This document shows positions 56,072 to 63,972 of a stretch of DNA of 64,000 bases, one piece after another. A program made the position numbers and the translations under genes. This DNA is from a virus. The DNA lies in IMG/VR virus record IMGVR_UViG_3300036791_000400, positions 2,650-66,649 of that record; one strand, given 5' to 3'. The notes below the pieces were generated by a model. The model saw only the letters and a program-made list of their open reading frames with translations, had not been told where the DNA came from and did not search any database. The stretch's first letter is position 1. Each line of letters starts with the position of its first letter.

Positions 56072-56299
56072 TCACTCGGTATGCTCCTTTGGGTTGGGTA
56101 AGCGTAGCGGTGGTGGTACGCCCAGCTCGTGCAGCCGCGACGTGGCCACGCTCAGTCGGGCGCAGTGGGGTACCAGGTCCCAGTTGCACTCGATCGCCAG
56201 TATGAGTGACCTCGCCGCGTTGATAGCTTCAGCGCGCAGCGTGCGTTCATGCAGTCTGCGCGCTGCCGCGCGCTGGTCTTCGTCCATCACAATCCCCAC
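56072..56299 (-). CDS. Hypothetical protein
   Basis: ORF coupled to upstream gene. Confidence 0.55.
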   Translation of the reverse strand: MGIVMDEDQRAAARRLHERTLRAEAINAARSLILAIECNWDLVPHCARLSVATSRLHELGVPPPLRLPNPKEHTE

Positions 56300-57204
56300 T
56301 GGTTCAGCTTGTCGGTGATCGTGCGTGCCTGGGACACAACATCGGCACGGACGCGAGCGTCCGTGCGAAGGTCCTTCGCATCCACGCCGTCCAGCATGGC
56401 TTTGATGTCGGTTACTACGGTAGCGATCCGTGGGTCGCCAGCGCAGTTGAACCCGGGCAAGAGCCCGATCAGATCGCGCACCCCCTCAATCGTGCCCGCT
56501 TTGAAGCGGGCATCAGGGTCAGACAGCCGCTGGATCATGGGCTCGATGGCATGGCGCACGCGTTCCCACATCTCAGCCTGCGCGATCTGCGCGGCGGCCT
56601 CCTGCTTCTTCAGGAGCCCGGCCGACAACTTCTCGATGAACGCCTCGGGCAGGTTGGCAAAGGCGCTGGCGGCGGGGATCGGCGCGAAGTCGAAGCTTAG
56701 CCTGAAGGCGCGCCTGACTTCATCGGGTGTCGGGTAATCATCCGCGTTGGCGAGGCCCGCGAGATTGGCCTGGGCCTGGATCATCAGGTCCGGGTAATCA
56801 TGCACGAACTTGTCGCGCTCGGTGAGCGCGAGTGCGCGAAGTTTCCCCATCTCCTTCATGTAGCGCTCGAACAACATCGTGGGCAGGAGCCTGGGTCCGG
56901 TCTGGCGTTCGGCGTGGGGGTTGCTCACCCACGGTAGTGTGAGAGAGTAATGCGCCGCACGTGCTGCGGTGTAGGCAGCACGCGTGGCCTTGAGCTGTGT
57001 GTCACACCCAGACAGCAGGTTCTTGATCGCGCGGCCCACGTTACCCACAGCATTGTGCTGCGCTTTGGCTTCGTCCATGATCTTCCGATCCGTCCTCTCT
57101 GCGCCCCACATGCTGATCGAGAGATCAGCCAGTAGTGCGGTGCTACGCACAGCGTCGGCCAGGTCGGTCTGTGTCACGTTCATATCCATAGTCGTGTCCC
57201 TCAT
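56287..57204 (-). CDS. Helical phage protein accompanying the AAA+ gene (DUF3150-like)
   Basis: LSIS.W...R.D, TLPW....GPRLLP, DYP...EV...F motifs. Confidence 0.7.
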   Translation of the reverse strand: MRDTTMDMNVTQTDLADAVRSTALLADLSISMWGAERTDRKIMDEAKAQHNAVGNVGRAIKNLLSGCDTQLKATRAAYTAARAAHYSLTLPWVSNPHAERQTGPRLLPTMLFERYMKEMGKLRALALTERDKFVHDYPDLMIQAQANLAGLANADDYPTPDEVRRAFRLSFDFAPIPAASAFANLPEAFIEKLSAGLLKKQEAAAQIAQAEMWERVRHAIEPMIQRLSDPDARFKAGTIEGVRDLIGLLPGFNCAGDPRIATVVTDIKAMLDGVDAKDLRTDARVRADVVSQARTITDKLNQWGL

Positions 57205-57278
57205 TGTTCTCTACGGTAGTGGAGGATAGCATAGGCTATCCCACACTGTCACGCTTGATACCACGTCTGATCGCGCGG

Positions 57279-58445
57279 CTAGCCGCGCGATGCCTTCAGG
57301 ATTTCCTGGTTCTTGAGCAACCAGTCCACGAACTGCTTGCTGTTCGCGACCGCCTTGGCCTTCTCCTGCTGGTTGGTGATCGTGCGCACCGCGAGCACCT
57401 GCATCTCGACGTTCATTCTGGTGATGTATTTAAGTACGTTGTCTGCGTTCTTGCCAGTGACATTGTGCGCCAGCATGAAGGCACATACCATCTGTGCATC
57501 ACGCTGTTCAGGCAGCTTGGCGGTGGTGGGATTGCGCTCGATATCCGCCATATCAGGAAGCTGGTCTGCATAGCGCAGATGCACGAAGTACTGTGCGCTC
57601 TCACCACCACCGATCCACCCGGCGCATACCTCACGTGCCACTTGGTCAGTGGGCAGACGGCCGGCGAGCACGTCATCATTCGTTCTGAGCGCCTGTAGGT
57701 CGCGGTCCATCATGACCAGCGTCCTGGGCGTGCAAAAGGGATCATCGCCCGGTGGCACGGTGTCACGGAACACCAGATCGGGCTGGCGGTTGGCGAAGCT
57801 GATGGTGAGATGGTGCGGCCGATCGCCCTCCGGTAGTAAGTTCACCCAGTGGTTCCACGCTGGCAGCGACGGGTCCACGCGCAGGAGCATGCGCCGGTTG
57901 GTGATGAACGTGAGCGAGCGTAATACACCGGCGCGATCACTCATGCGGTTGGACGCGGCGATCACGCGCCATCCATCTGGAAGTCTGTCGTCTCCTACTT
58001 CACCATGAAGCAGCAGCTCCGCTGCGGCTTTCTTGGTGTCGTCCTCGGCCTGGCCGAACTCATCCAAAAAACAAACCCCTACCTTCGGTATGGGTTGATC
58101 CCATTCTCCTTTGCGCTTCACACTACCGTCGGGAAGAAAGACGGTGGTGTTTAAGATCACCGGGTACCAGGGAGGTGTACTAAACACCGTGCCCGGCTTC
58201 GGTATGGCTTTGGTGGGTAACATAAATCCACGCACGTCGACGGACTGGAGCGTGGCGAGCATGTGCACGCCCAACCCCACGGGCGCGCTTATTTCGCGCG
58301 CAAGCGCGGCGCAGTATTCTTGAACGACAGAGGATTTGCCCACCCCTGGCGGGCTCTCCAGGGCGATCGCGTTGGCGCGGTTTGGTTTACCCAGGCTCGC
58401 GACGTGCGTCCTGAGCATAACCTGCATTGCGGCTTGTAGGTCCAT
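57279..58445 (-). CDS. MoxR-like AAA+ ATPase
   Basis: SPPGVGKS, DVRG, FLDEF, AASNR..DRAG, NR, TPR. Confidence 0.9.
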   Translation of the reverse strand: MDLQAAMQVMLRTHVASLGKPNRANAIALESPPGVGKSSVVQEYCAALAREISAPVGLGVHMLATLQSVDVRGFMLPTKAIPKPGTVFSTPPWYPVILNTTVFLPDGSVKRKGEWDQPIPKVGVCFLDEFGQAEDDTKKAAAELLLHGEVGDDRLPDGWRVIAASNRMSDRAGVLRSLTFITNRRMLLRVDPSLPAWNHWVNLLPEGDRPHHLTISFANRQPDLVFRDTVPPGDDPFCTPRTLVMMDRDLQALRTNDDVLAGRLPTDQVAREVCAGWIGGGESAQYFVHLRYADQLPDMADIERNPTTAKLPEQRDAQMVCAFMLAHNVTGKNADNVLKYITRMNVEMQVLAVRTITNQQEKAKAVANSKQFVDWLLKNQEILKASRG

Positions 58446-58451
58446 GTAAGC

Positions 58452-58655
58452 TCACTCCTGCTCAGTTATGTCCTTATACTCGGCGTCGCCGTGCCGGTCC
58501 CACCAGCCCAGGCCCACGTCAGGCTCGAACTCCAGGTCATAGTCCTCCTGCTCCAGCTTCTCGATCGCGGCCTCGTACGTGTCAGCCTCGATCTCGGTCG
58601 TCGCGATGATGTCGATGGTGGCGCGGTCGCGCACTTCGATGATGAACTTAGGCAT
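58452..58655 (-). CDS. Small acidic protein
   Basis: GGAGTGAG SD inside palindrome variant. Confidence 0.7.
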   Translation of the reverse strand: MPKFIIEVRDRATIDIIATTEIEADTYEAAIEKLEQEDYDLEFEPDVGLGWWDRHGDAEYKDITEQE

Positions 58656-58685
58656 GTGATCTCACTCCGGTAGTTGGTTTGGTAA

Positions 58686-58970
58686 CTATCTGTCGTAGGC
58701 GTGACACGACGCAGGCTGATCGGCGGGTCGTTGGTCGCATGGATGGTCCGGGTCGTAGTGCTGCGCCCCTGTGGCGCCGTAAGAAGGCGCGTTGGTTCGC
58801 GGGTCCGGCAAGTACGGCTCGGCCATGCGAAGCCGGTATTGGTACAGTTCAAGCTGATCGTGCAAGCGATCCATCTCGACGAAGAACATATCCTCATCGA
58901 GGGGCGCAGCACGTGTGCTCACTGCCATCGCCGCACCAAGCGCGGCGCATAACGTGATACGCGCGATCAT
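58686..58970 (-). CDS. Possible secreted small protein (start uncertain)
   Basis: MIARITLCAALGAAMAVSTRAAP resembles a signal peptide. Confidence 0.5.
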   Translation of the reverse strand: MIARITLCAALGAAMAVSTRAAPLDEDMFFVEMDRLHDQLELYQYRLRMAEPYLPDPRTNAPSYGATGAQHYDPDHPCDQRPADQPASCHAYDR

Positions 58971-58980
58971 TCGTTTTTGT

Positions 58981-59184
58981 TTATACATCGTCGCGCACCC
59001 TGGGCTTAGGCTGGCACGCACATGCTGCGTGCCAGCGCGCCGCGTCAAAGCGTGTGTTATCCTGTTTGAACAGTTCACCCAGGTCACACACGATGGCGGC
59101 CATCGCGCTGTCGTTGGACTGGCGACGCCAGCGGGAGATGATCGCGGCGATCCTGGTATAATCTTTGCGGCTCATGTTGCTCAC
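58981..59184 (-). CDS. Hypothetical protein
   Basis: MSRKDY..IA..I...DN.RFD..R...AC pattern; AGGAG SD. Confidence 0.7.
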   Translation of the reverse strand: MSNMSRKDYTRIAAIISRWRRQSNDSAMAAIVCDLGELFKQDNTRFDAARWHAACACQPKPRVRDDV

Positions 59185-59207
59185 TCCTCTTGGTTTAGGC
59201 TGGCAGC

Positions 59208-60089
59208 TTACGCTGCCAGCAACTCGCTCACTTCATTCTCCTCGTCGTCGCTGTCGTTAAGCACGTCGTTAAGAAAGTCGCACGCGCCCTCGGCAGGTTC
59301 ACTTACTACGGGCGTGATGTGGGTCGCTGTCACGGTCACAGGTATCGGCGCTTGCGCCGGCTCGCTACGCGCGAGCATCTCGTTACGCGAAGCTTTGAGA
59401 ACTTCGGCCGTCGCGTCGGCGATGAAGTCAACCATTGTCTTGAAGTCATCGTATGCGAAGTCGTCATACATCGCCTGAAGCTGATCACGCATGGCCTTCA
59501 GACGACGCTCGATCCTCTCAGCATCATGATCTGGATCGTTAGCGATCGCGTAAGCGATCAGACCAGATGGGCTGATGTCGGTGAACTTGTCCGCGCGCAC
59601 ATCGCGTGCGATCTGCGAGATCAGGTGATACTTGCGCGTGCGCCACTTGCGCACCGGCATCGGAACGTTCTTCTTGTCCTCCTTCTCCGCGTTATCATAG
59701 TCATCCTGTTCCGCCTGCCACACGTCGTTGCAGACCCTGAGTATGTCCGCGAACTTGTCGCGAACTTTCGGGCTGGCGACGTTGCGCATCTCGCTGATGA
59801 ACGTGGCCACGGTCTTTGCCGACCGATCCTCTGGCGCGGCGTTGGACATCTTGGCTGCGTGCTGACACGCTTTCTCGACCTCGCCACTTGTCCATGATCC
59901 CGCGCTGGACATACCAGCGACCTGCGACATGATATCTATGCGCGATACCTGTAGGTCAGCCGCAATACGATTTGCTTCGTCGCGGTGCTCGTTGGCCATG
60001 TCCACGTCGGGCGCGATGACCACGCACGCACCACGGATTTGCGCCGCGATGCTCGCGATGCGATCAGTAATCTGCTCACTCTTAGCCAT
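59208..60089 (-). CDS. Hypothetical early protein
   Basis: 293-aa ORF; GGAGTGAGC SD; acidic tail. Confidence 0.8.
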   Translation of the reverse strand: MAKSEQITDRIASIAAQIRGACVVIAPDVDMANEHRDEANRIAADLQVSRIDIMSQVAGMSSAGSWTSGEVEKACQHAAKMSNAAPEDRSAKTVATFISEMRNVASPKVRDKFADILRVCNDVWQAEQDDYDNAEKEDKKNVPMPVRKWRTRKYHLISQIARDVRADKFTDISPSGLIAYAIANDPDHDAERIERRLKAMRDQLQAMYDDFAYDDFKTMVDFIADATAEVLKASRNEMLARSEPAQAPIPVTVTATHITPVVSEPAEGACDFLNDVLNDSDDEENEVSELLAA

Positions 60090-60143
60090 TGCTCACTCCA
60101 ATATGTTCGCTCGCGCCTGATGGCGCGAGATAGGCTTTGGTAC

Positions 60144-60320
60144 TCAGGCGCGACGGTTGAACATGAAGGCTTCGAACGTGTCCAGGATCACGTCAGGATC
60201 ATCGTCGAAGCCGGGCACGAACGGGTCGAAGCTGTCGTCCAGGTCTGAACAAGACTGGAACTCATCGTCCATATCGAGCCCAGGCAACACGCGAGACACG
60301 AGATAGCACACATCAGACAT
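60144..60320 (-). CDS. Very acidic small protein
   Basis: MSDVCYL start after GGAG SD; Asp/Phe-rich. Confidence 0.55.
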   Translation of the reverse strand: MSDVCYLVSRVLPGLDMDDEFQSCSDLDDSFDPFVPGFDDDPDVILDTFEAFMFNRRA

Positions 60321-60355
60321 AGTGTTGTTTACTCCGGTAGTAGTGGTGGGTGGTT

Positions 60356-60628
60356 TCAGATAAAGTGCAACAGCGTGGCAACGGAGATTGCGACCGCGCC
60401 CAGCAGGATCACGGCACACCAGGCATCGCGGCCCACGCGCCAGACTGGCGCATGTAGTGGCGTGATTGTGGGTGTAATGCGCGCTTTCTGCCACGCCGCG
60501 TACTTGGCTTCCTGCTGGCGACGCCAGGCCGCGTCATATGGATCACTGTATGCCACGATAGGCTTTTCCTTTCTACGGTAGTGGTAGGCTAACACAAATC
60601 CACTAACAATCACAGTGGACACACTCAT
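60356..60628 (-). CDS. Small protein with C-terminal TM segment (start probably GTG 60556)
   Basis: AAAGGA SD; hydrophobic C-terminus. Confidence 0.5.
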   Translation of the reverse strand: MSVSTVIVSGFVLAYHYRRKEKPIVAYSDPYDAAWRRQQEAKYAAWQKARITPTITPLHAPVWRVGRDAWCAVILLGAVAISVATLLHFI

Positions 60629-60637
60629 GGAAAACAG

Positions 60638-60663
60638 AAAAACGGTATCAAGTTACCGTTTTT
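60638..60663. promoter_or_regulatory. Perfect hairpin with A/T flanks
   Basis: AAAAACGGTA-tcaagt-TACCGTTTTT. Confidence 0.55.
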
Positions 60664-60688
60664 GGCAGCGAGGGACAGGTTTGGGCCT

Positions 60689-61017
60689 GTCCTAGTGTAG
60701 ATACATGTCCTAGTAAGTGTCCTAGTCCGCGTCCTAGTCAAGCTGTTGTAATCGTTGGACAAACTTACTCGGATACCACATGGACTTGTAGAATGTTCGG
60801 AACATGAGGGAGACGCTCTAGGACGTTAGTTGACACAATGTGCCGTTTTTCACTAACGGCGAGAGAGCCTCGCGGAAGAGACCTCAATCTCCAATTCTAC
60901 AAGTCCAAGTGAAAGTTTAGTTAAGTAAAGTAAGTAAGATCAATAGGTTGACTAGGACGCGCACTAGGACATCCACTAGGACACCACTGGGACAGGGGCG
61001 GTCGCTCGCGTCCTAGT
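60689..61017. repeat. Mirror-symmetric GTCCTAGT iteron-like array, candidate replication origin
   Basis: GTCCTAGT at 60689, 60707, 60719, 60731, 61010; ACTAGGAC at 60951, 60963, 60975; inner IR 60781-60794/60894-60907. Confidence 0.8.
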
Positions 61018-61050
61018 GTGGCGCGCCTCTCACGCACAGTATTGGTAGGT

Positions 61051-61323
61051 TTAGAACGAGCGAAAGGCGTTGGAGACTGTGGGACACGACGTGATCGCGC
61101 CCGATAGTCCGCCCTTGTTCTTGCGTCGGGCGCTGCGCGCCCACGCCGCAGGTACGTGCGTGATCCTGATGTGCTCAGGATACACGGTAGGTTCGTTCTC
61201 GCTCATGGGTGCGCGATAGAACGCGCTCATAGAGCGTGTTTGCGTGGGTGGTTCTACTCGGTCAATCTTCATGAACCTCGGCGCCATGCTCGGGCGCGTT
61301 GGTTTGCTCACTCGGCGTGCCAT
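61051..61323 (-). CDS. Small basic protein
   Basis: GGAG SD within palindrome ACTCCCGGAGT. Confidence 0.55.
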   Translation of the reverse strand: MARRVSKPTRPSMAPRFMKIDRVEPPTQTRSMSAFYRAPMSENEPTVYPEHIRITHVPAAWARSARRKNKGGLSGAITSCPTVSNAFRSF

Positions 61324-61388
61324 TATAGTTACTCCGGGAGTATCTACGATTGAGGTTACAGACGATTGTAGATACTGCCGGAGAAACT

Positions 61389-61430
61389 ATAACCCGCGCG
61401 ATGCAACGTGCACCGCGCGGGTTATGTTTT
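61389..61430. terminator. Long hairpin, terminator-like
   Basis: ATAACCCGCGCG...CGCGCGGGTTAT followed by GTTTT. Confidence 0.5.
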
Positions 61431-62015
61431 ATGGGTTATGGGTTGCTGCGCTCTTTTACTCATCATCACGATCAACATGCGGTGGCGCAGGCTGTATAAC
61501 GCGCTAAGCGTTATCGCATCCCGCCGGTACCGTGCTTCGGCGCGTGGATTATCTCATATCTCTTTCGTGCCTATCGTGCGACTGCCGATTTTCTGTCTAT
61601 TCCGCTATCGACTGCGGGACTGCCTAGGTGCGTGATTGTAAGTCACGCGATACGTGCTAGGGCCTTTATGACACGGTAGGCCATCGGCTAACTTACTCCC
61701 TAAGGCACCTGTAGGCGCACGCGCTAGGCGCACCGTCCGTCTTGGCCGTCGGTTTCAGCTTCGCGAGCGGGAAGCCATCCGATTTGTAGGCGGTAGCGAC
61801 ATCCCTGACATACCAGGGGGCTTTCCCACATGGTTGGCGGCGGAGATTGCCACGACGGTAGTGAGGGCATGGGGGGTGGGGGCGGACCTGGACAGGACCC
61901 GGGGGGCCGGCGCCCGGTGCTAGGTCTTACCCCCACAAGACTATCTGATTTTTAGCCTTCATAGTTTCCTATACTATTATGGTGGATTTTATATCCTTCA
62001 TGGTTTGGGCACTAC

Positions 62016-62048
62016 TGTGAAAAATTATATCACCCCAAATTATCCACA
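62016..62048. promoter_or_regulatory. Two DnaA-box matches in an AT-rich tract
   Basis: TTATCCACA at 62040-62048; TGTGAAAAA (reverse TTTTTCACA) at 62016-62024. Confidence 0.4.
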
Positions 62049-62091
62049 CACTATCTCCCAATACTGTGTGTGAATTATCCGTGATCCCAGG

Positions 62092-62125
62092 TTGACAACC
62101 CTCGTAGTTCTGCCCATTTATATTC
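62092..62125 (+). promoter_or_regulatory. Candidate sigma70 promoter
   Basis: TTGACA at 62092-62097 followed by AT-rich CATTTATATT. Confidence 0.4.
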
Positions 62126-62154
62126 ACATCAGTAACTGTTCCGGAGTGAATACT

Positions 62155-62607
62155 ATGGCTCGCAATGTTCTCGCCTCGCCCCACGCGCGGCAGCGCGTGG
62201 GAAATATGGGCATGGGTCGCGACCCCGAGACCTGGCCGCCGGTGCCCGAGCCACCCGCGTATGTGGTTGTGGCCATCGAGGAATGGTTGCGCGCGAAGCG
62301 TAATTCCCGCCGGCCCTTGACCGTGGCCGCACCCTTGCTGGCCATCTTTTGCATGCTCCACGAGCGCAAGCATCCTGTGCCCACACGGGCGCGGCTCGCG
62401 AGTGCCTTGGGCACGAGCGAGGATACCGTGGACGCAGCTCGTTCGACAGCTTTGGGTGCCGGGGAGATAAAGGAAATCCAGGAAACTTATGCGGGTCAGG
62501 TTGCGCGTCGGTTTTCGATCCGCCGGCGGCGCTTTGTCATACCCAGTCGTGAGCTGTTCGATCTCTACCGTAGTGAGGTTCAGCTACGCCGAGCGAAGCG
62601 AGCGTAG
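62155..62607 (+). CDS. Putative winged helix-turn-helix DNA-binding protein
   Basis: PTRARLASALGTSEDTVDAARSTALGAGEI fits an HTH; GGAG SD before ATG 62155. Confidence 0.6.
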   Translation: MARNVLASPHARQRVGNMGMGRDPETWPPVPEPPAYVVVAIEEWLRAKRNSRRPLTVAAPLLAIFCMLHERKHPVPTRARLASALGTSEDTVDAARSTALGAGEIKEIQETYAGQVARRFSIRRRRFVIPSRELFDLYRSEVQLRRAKRA

Positions 62608-62800
62608 CTGAAGTGGGCACCAGACGCCGGCGCGCCGTCAGGCGCGCAACCCGATGAAGTTTTCAAGTCTTCAATGGGTTTCGAGCGCCGTGAGGCGCAA
62701 GGAAGTGTGGGTGGGAGTTGTGGGTTTGTGGATACGAGAGTAGTGTGTATCCGCTAGCAGCCGTGCCTGATATCCCTCTGTGCACAAAGGACAATCCCAT

Positions 62801-63415
62801 ATGGCGCAAACGTACCTGGTCATGGTTGAACCGATCAACATGGGCCAGCCACCGCCCGGCGTGGTGACCCCACCCATTTTCTACCCCCCGTCGGTCTGGC
62901 CCGGGCCGGGCGTGCCTACGCCGCCGATCTACTACCCACCCAGTGTGTGGCCAGGACCGGGTGCACCGACGCACCCGATCAGCCCCGGTGGACCACCTCC
63001 GGGTGTCGGTGGCGGACCCGTGTACCCGCCGGGCGTGTGGCCGGGACCTGGATATCCCGCGCACCCGATCGCGCCGGGCGGGCCGCCGCCTCAAGTTTGG
63101 CCAGGGCCTGGGTATCCCGACAATTCGTTGCCTGTGCCGCCTCAGGTCTGGCCGGGGCCAGGATATCCGGCGCATCCGATCGCGCCTGGGGGCGGTCCCA
63201 GCCAGGGTCCCGGGTTCCCCACCCCGCCGATCTACCTGCCCGACGGCGGCCACGTGATGCCGCCGATCGCCAATGTCGGCGAGCCGACCCATCCGATCGT
63301 AATCCCGCCGGGGTCGTGGGTGATCCTGGAGCCGTCGCACCCGATGGACCCGGGTGGCCACCCGGACCAGAGCCCGCCGATGCACCAGCCTGACCCACCT
63401 CCCGCCGTGCCCTGA
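62801..63415 (+). CDS. Proline-rich repeat protein
   Basis: AAAGGA SD; repeated PP.VWPGPG and P.HPI.PGG units. Confidence 0.8.
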   Translation: MAQTYLVMVEPINMGQPPPGVVTPPIFYPPSVWPGPGVPTPPIYYPPSVWPGPGAPTHPISPGGPPPGVGGGPVYPPGVWPGPGYPAHPIAPGGPPPQVWPGPGYPDNSLPVPPQVWPGPGYPAHPIAPGGGPSQGPGFPTPPIYLPDGGHVMPPIANVGEPTHPIVIPPGSWVILEPSHPMDPGGHPDQSPPMHQPDPPPAVP

Positions 63416-63438
63416 TTTCCTAAAACCACCCAAACTTC

Positions 63439-63464
63439 CCCCGCCCCTCACGGGGCGGGGATTT
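63439..63464 (+). terminator. GC hairpin after the Pro-rich gene
   Basis: CCCCGCCCC-tcac-GGGGCGGGG-ATTT. Confidence 0.55.
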
Positions 63465-63475
63465 AGGAGGACACC

Positions 63476-63817
63476 ATGAGCCATACTCAGACCCCCCATG
63501 CTCCTCCGCCGGCTGCGCCGGCGGCAAACCCGGGTGTTGCGCCGGCGCCGCAGCCAGGGGTGCCACCGCAGCCCAGCCGGTTCGCGACCCCGCGCACCCC
63601 GCCAGGCGCGCCCTCGCCCGCTCAGCGCCGCTTTGAGGGCTCGGTGGATGCAGTGGCGGCACTCGCCGACCAGCTCGACGCGCTGCGGGTCCGCATCGCG
63701 CCGATGCTCGAAGCCGACGACCTCGCTGCGCTGAGCGGCGCGGTGACGGAACTCAAGGCGATGGTGCCCGCGCCCAGTGGTCTCACTCCCCCGCCGGACG
63801 CACCCCCACCTGCCTAA
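63476..63817 (+). CDS. Pro/Ala-rich protein with coiled coil
   Basis: AGGAGG SD. Confidence 0.72.
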   Translation: MSHTQTPHAPPPAAPAANPGVAPAPQPGVPPQPSRFATPRTPPGAPSPAQRRFEGSVDAVAALADQLDALRVRIAPMLEADDLAALSGAVTELKAMVPAPSGLTPPPDAPPPA

Positions 63818-63962
63818 GTTTTTCGGTTTTCTGTTACTGTTGACTACCCTTGTTGGCTGCCAGGATCGCTATCTGCGATCCTGCGCAGCCAACATTCTCA
63901 CGTTCGGCCCGGTGGAATACTATTTCATTTGCCCACCTAAAAACGCTACGTTGCCTGAATAG
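63777..63962 (+). CDS. Possible small lipoprotein
   Basis: Hydrophobic stretch then LVGC lipobox; start codon unclear. Confidence 0.35.
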   Translation: MVSLPRRTHPHLPKFFGFLLLLTTLVGCQDRYLRSCAANILTFGPVEYYFICPPKNATLPE

Positions 63963-63972
63963 GGGGACTCGC

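Noticed and set aside
60689-61017. CRISPR array
   Set aside because: Repeats are 8 bp with 4-10 bp gaps and are inverted; no spacers or cas operon. The Cas4-like nuclease sits in the replication cluster
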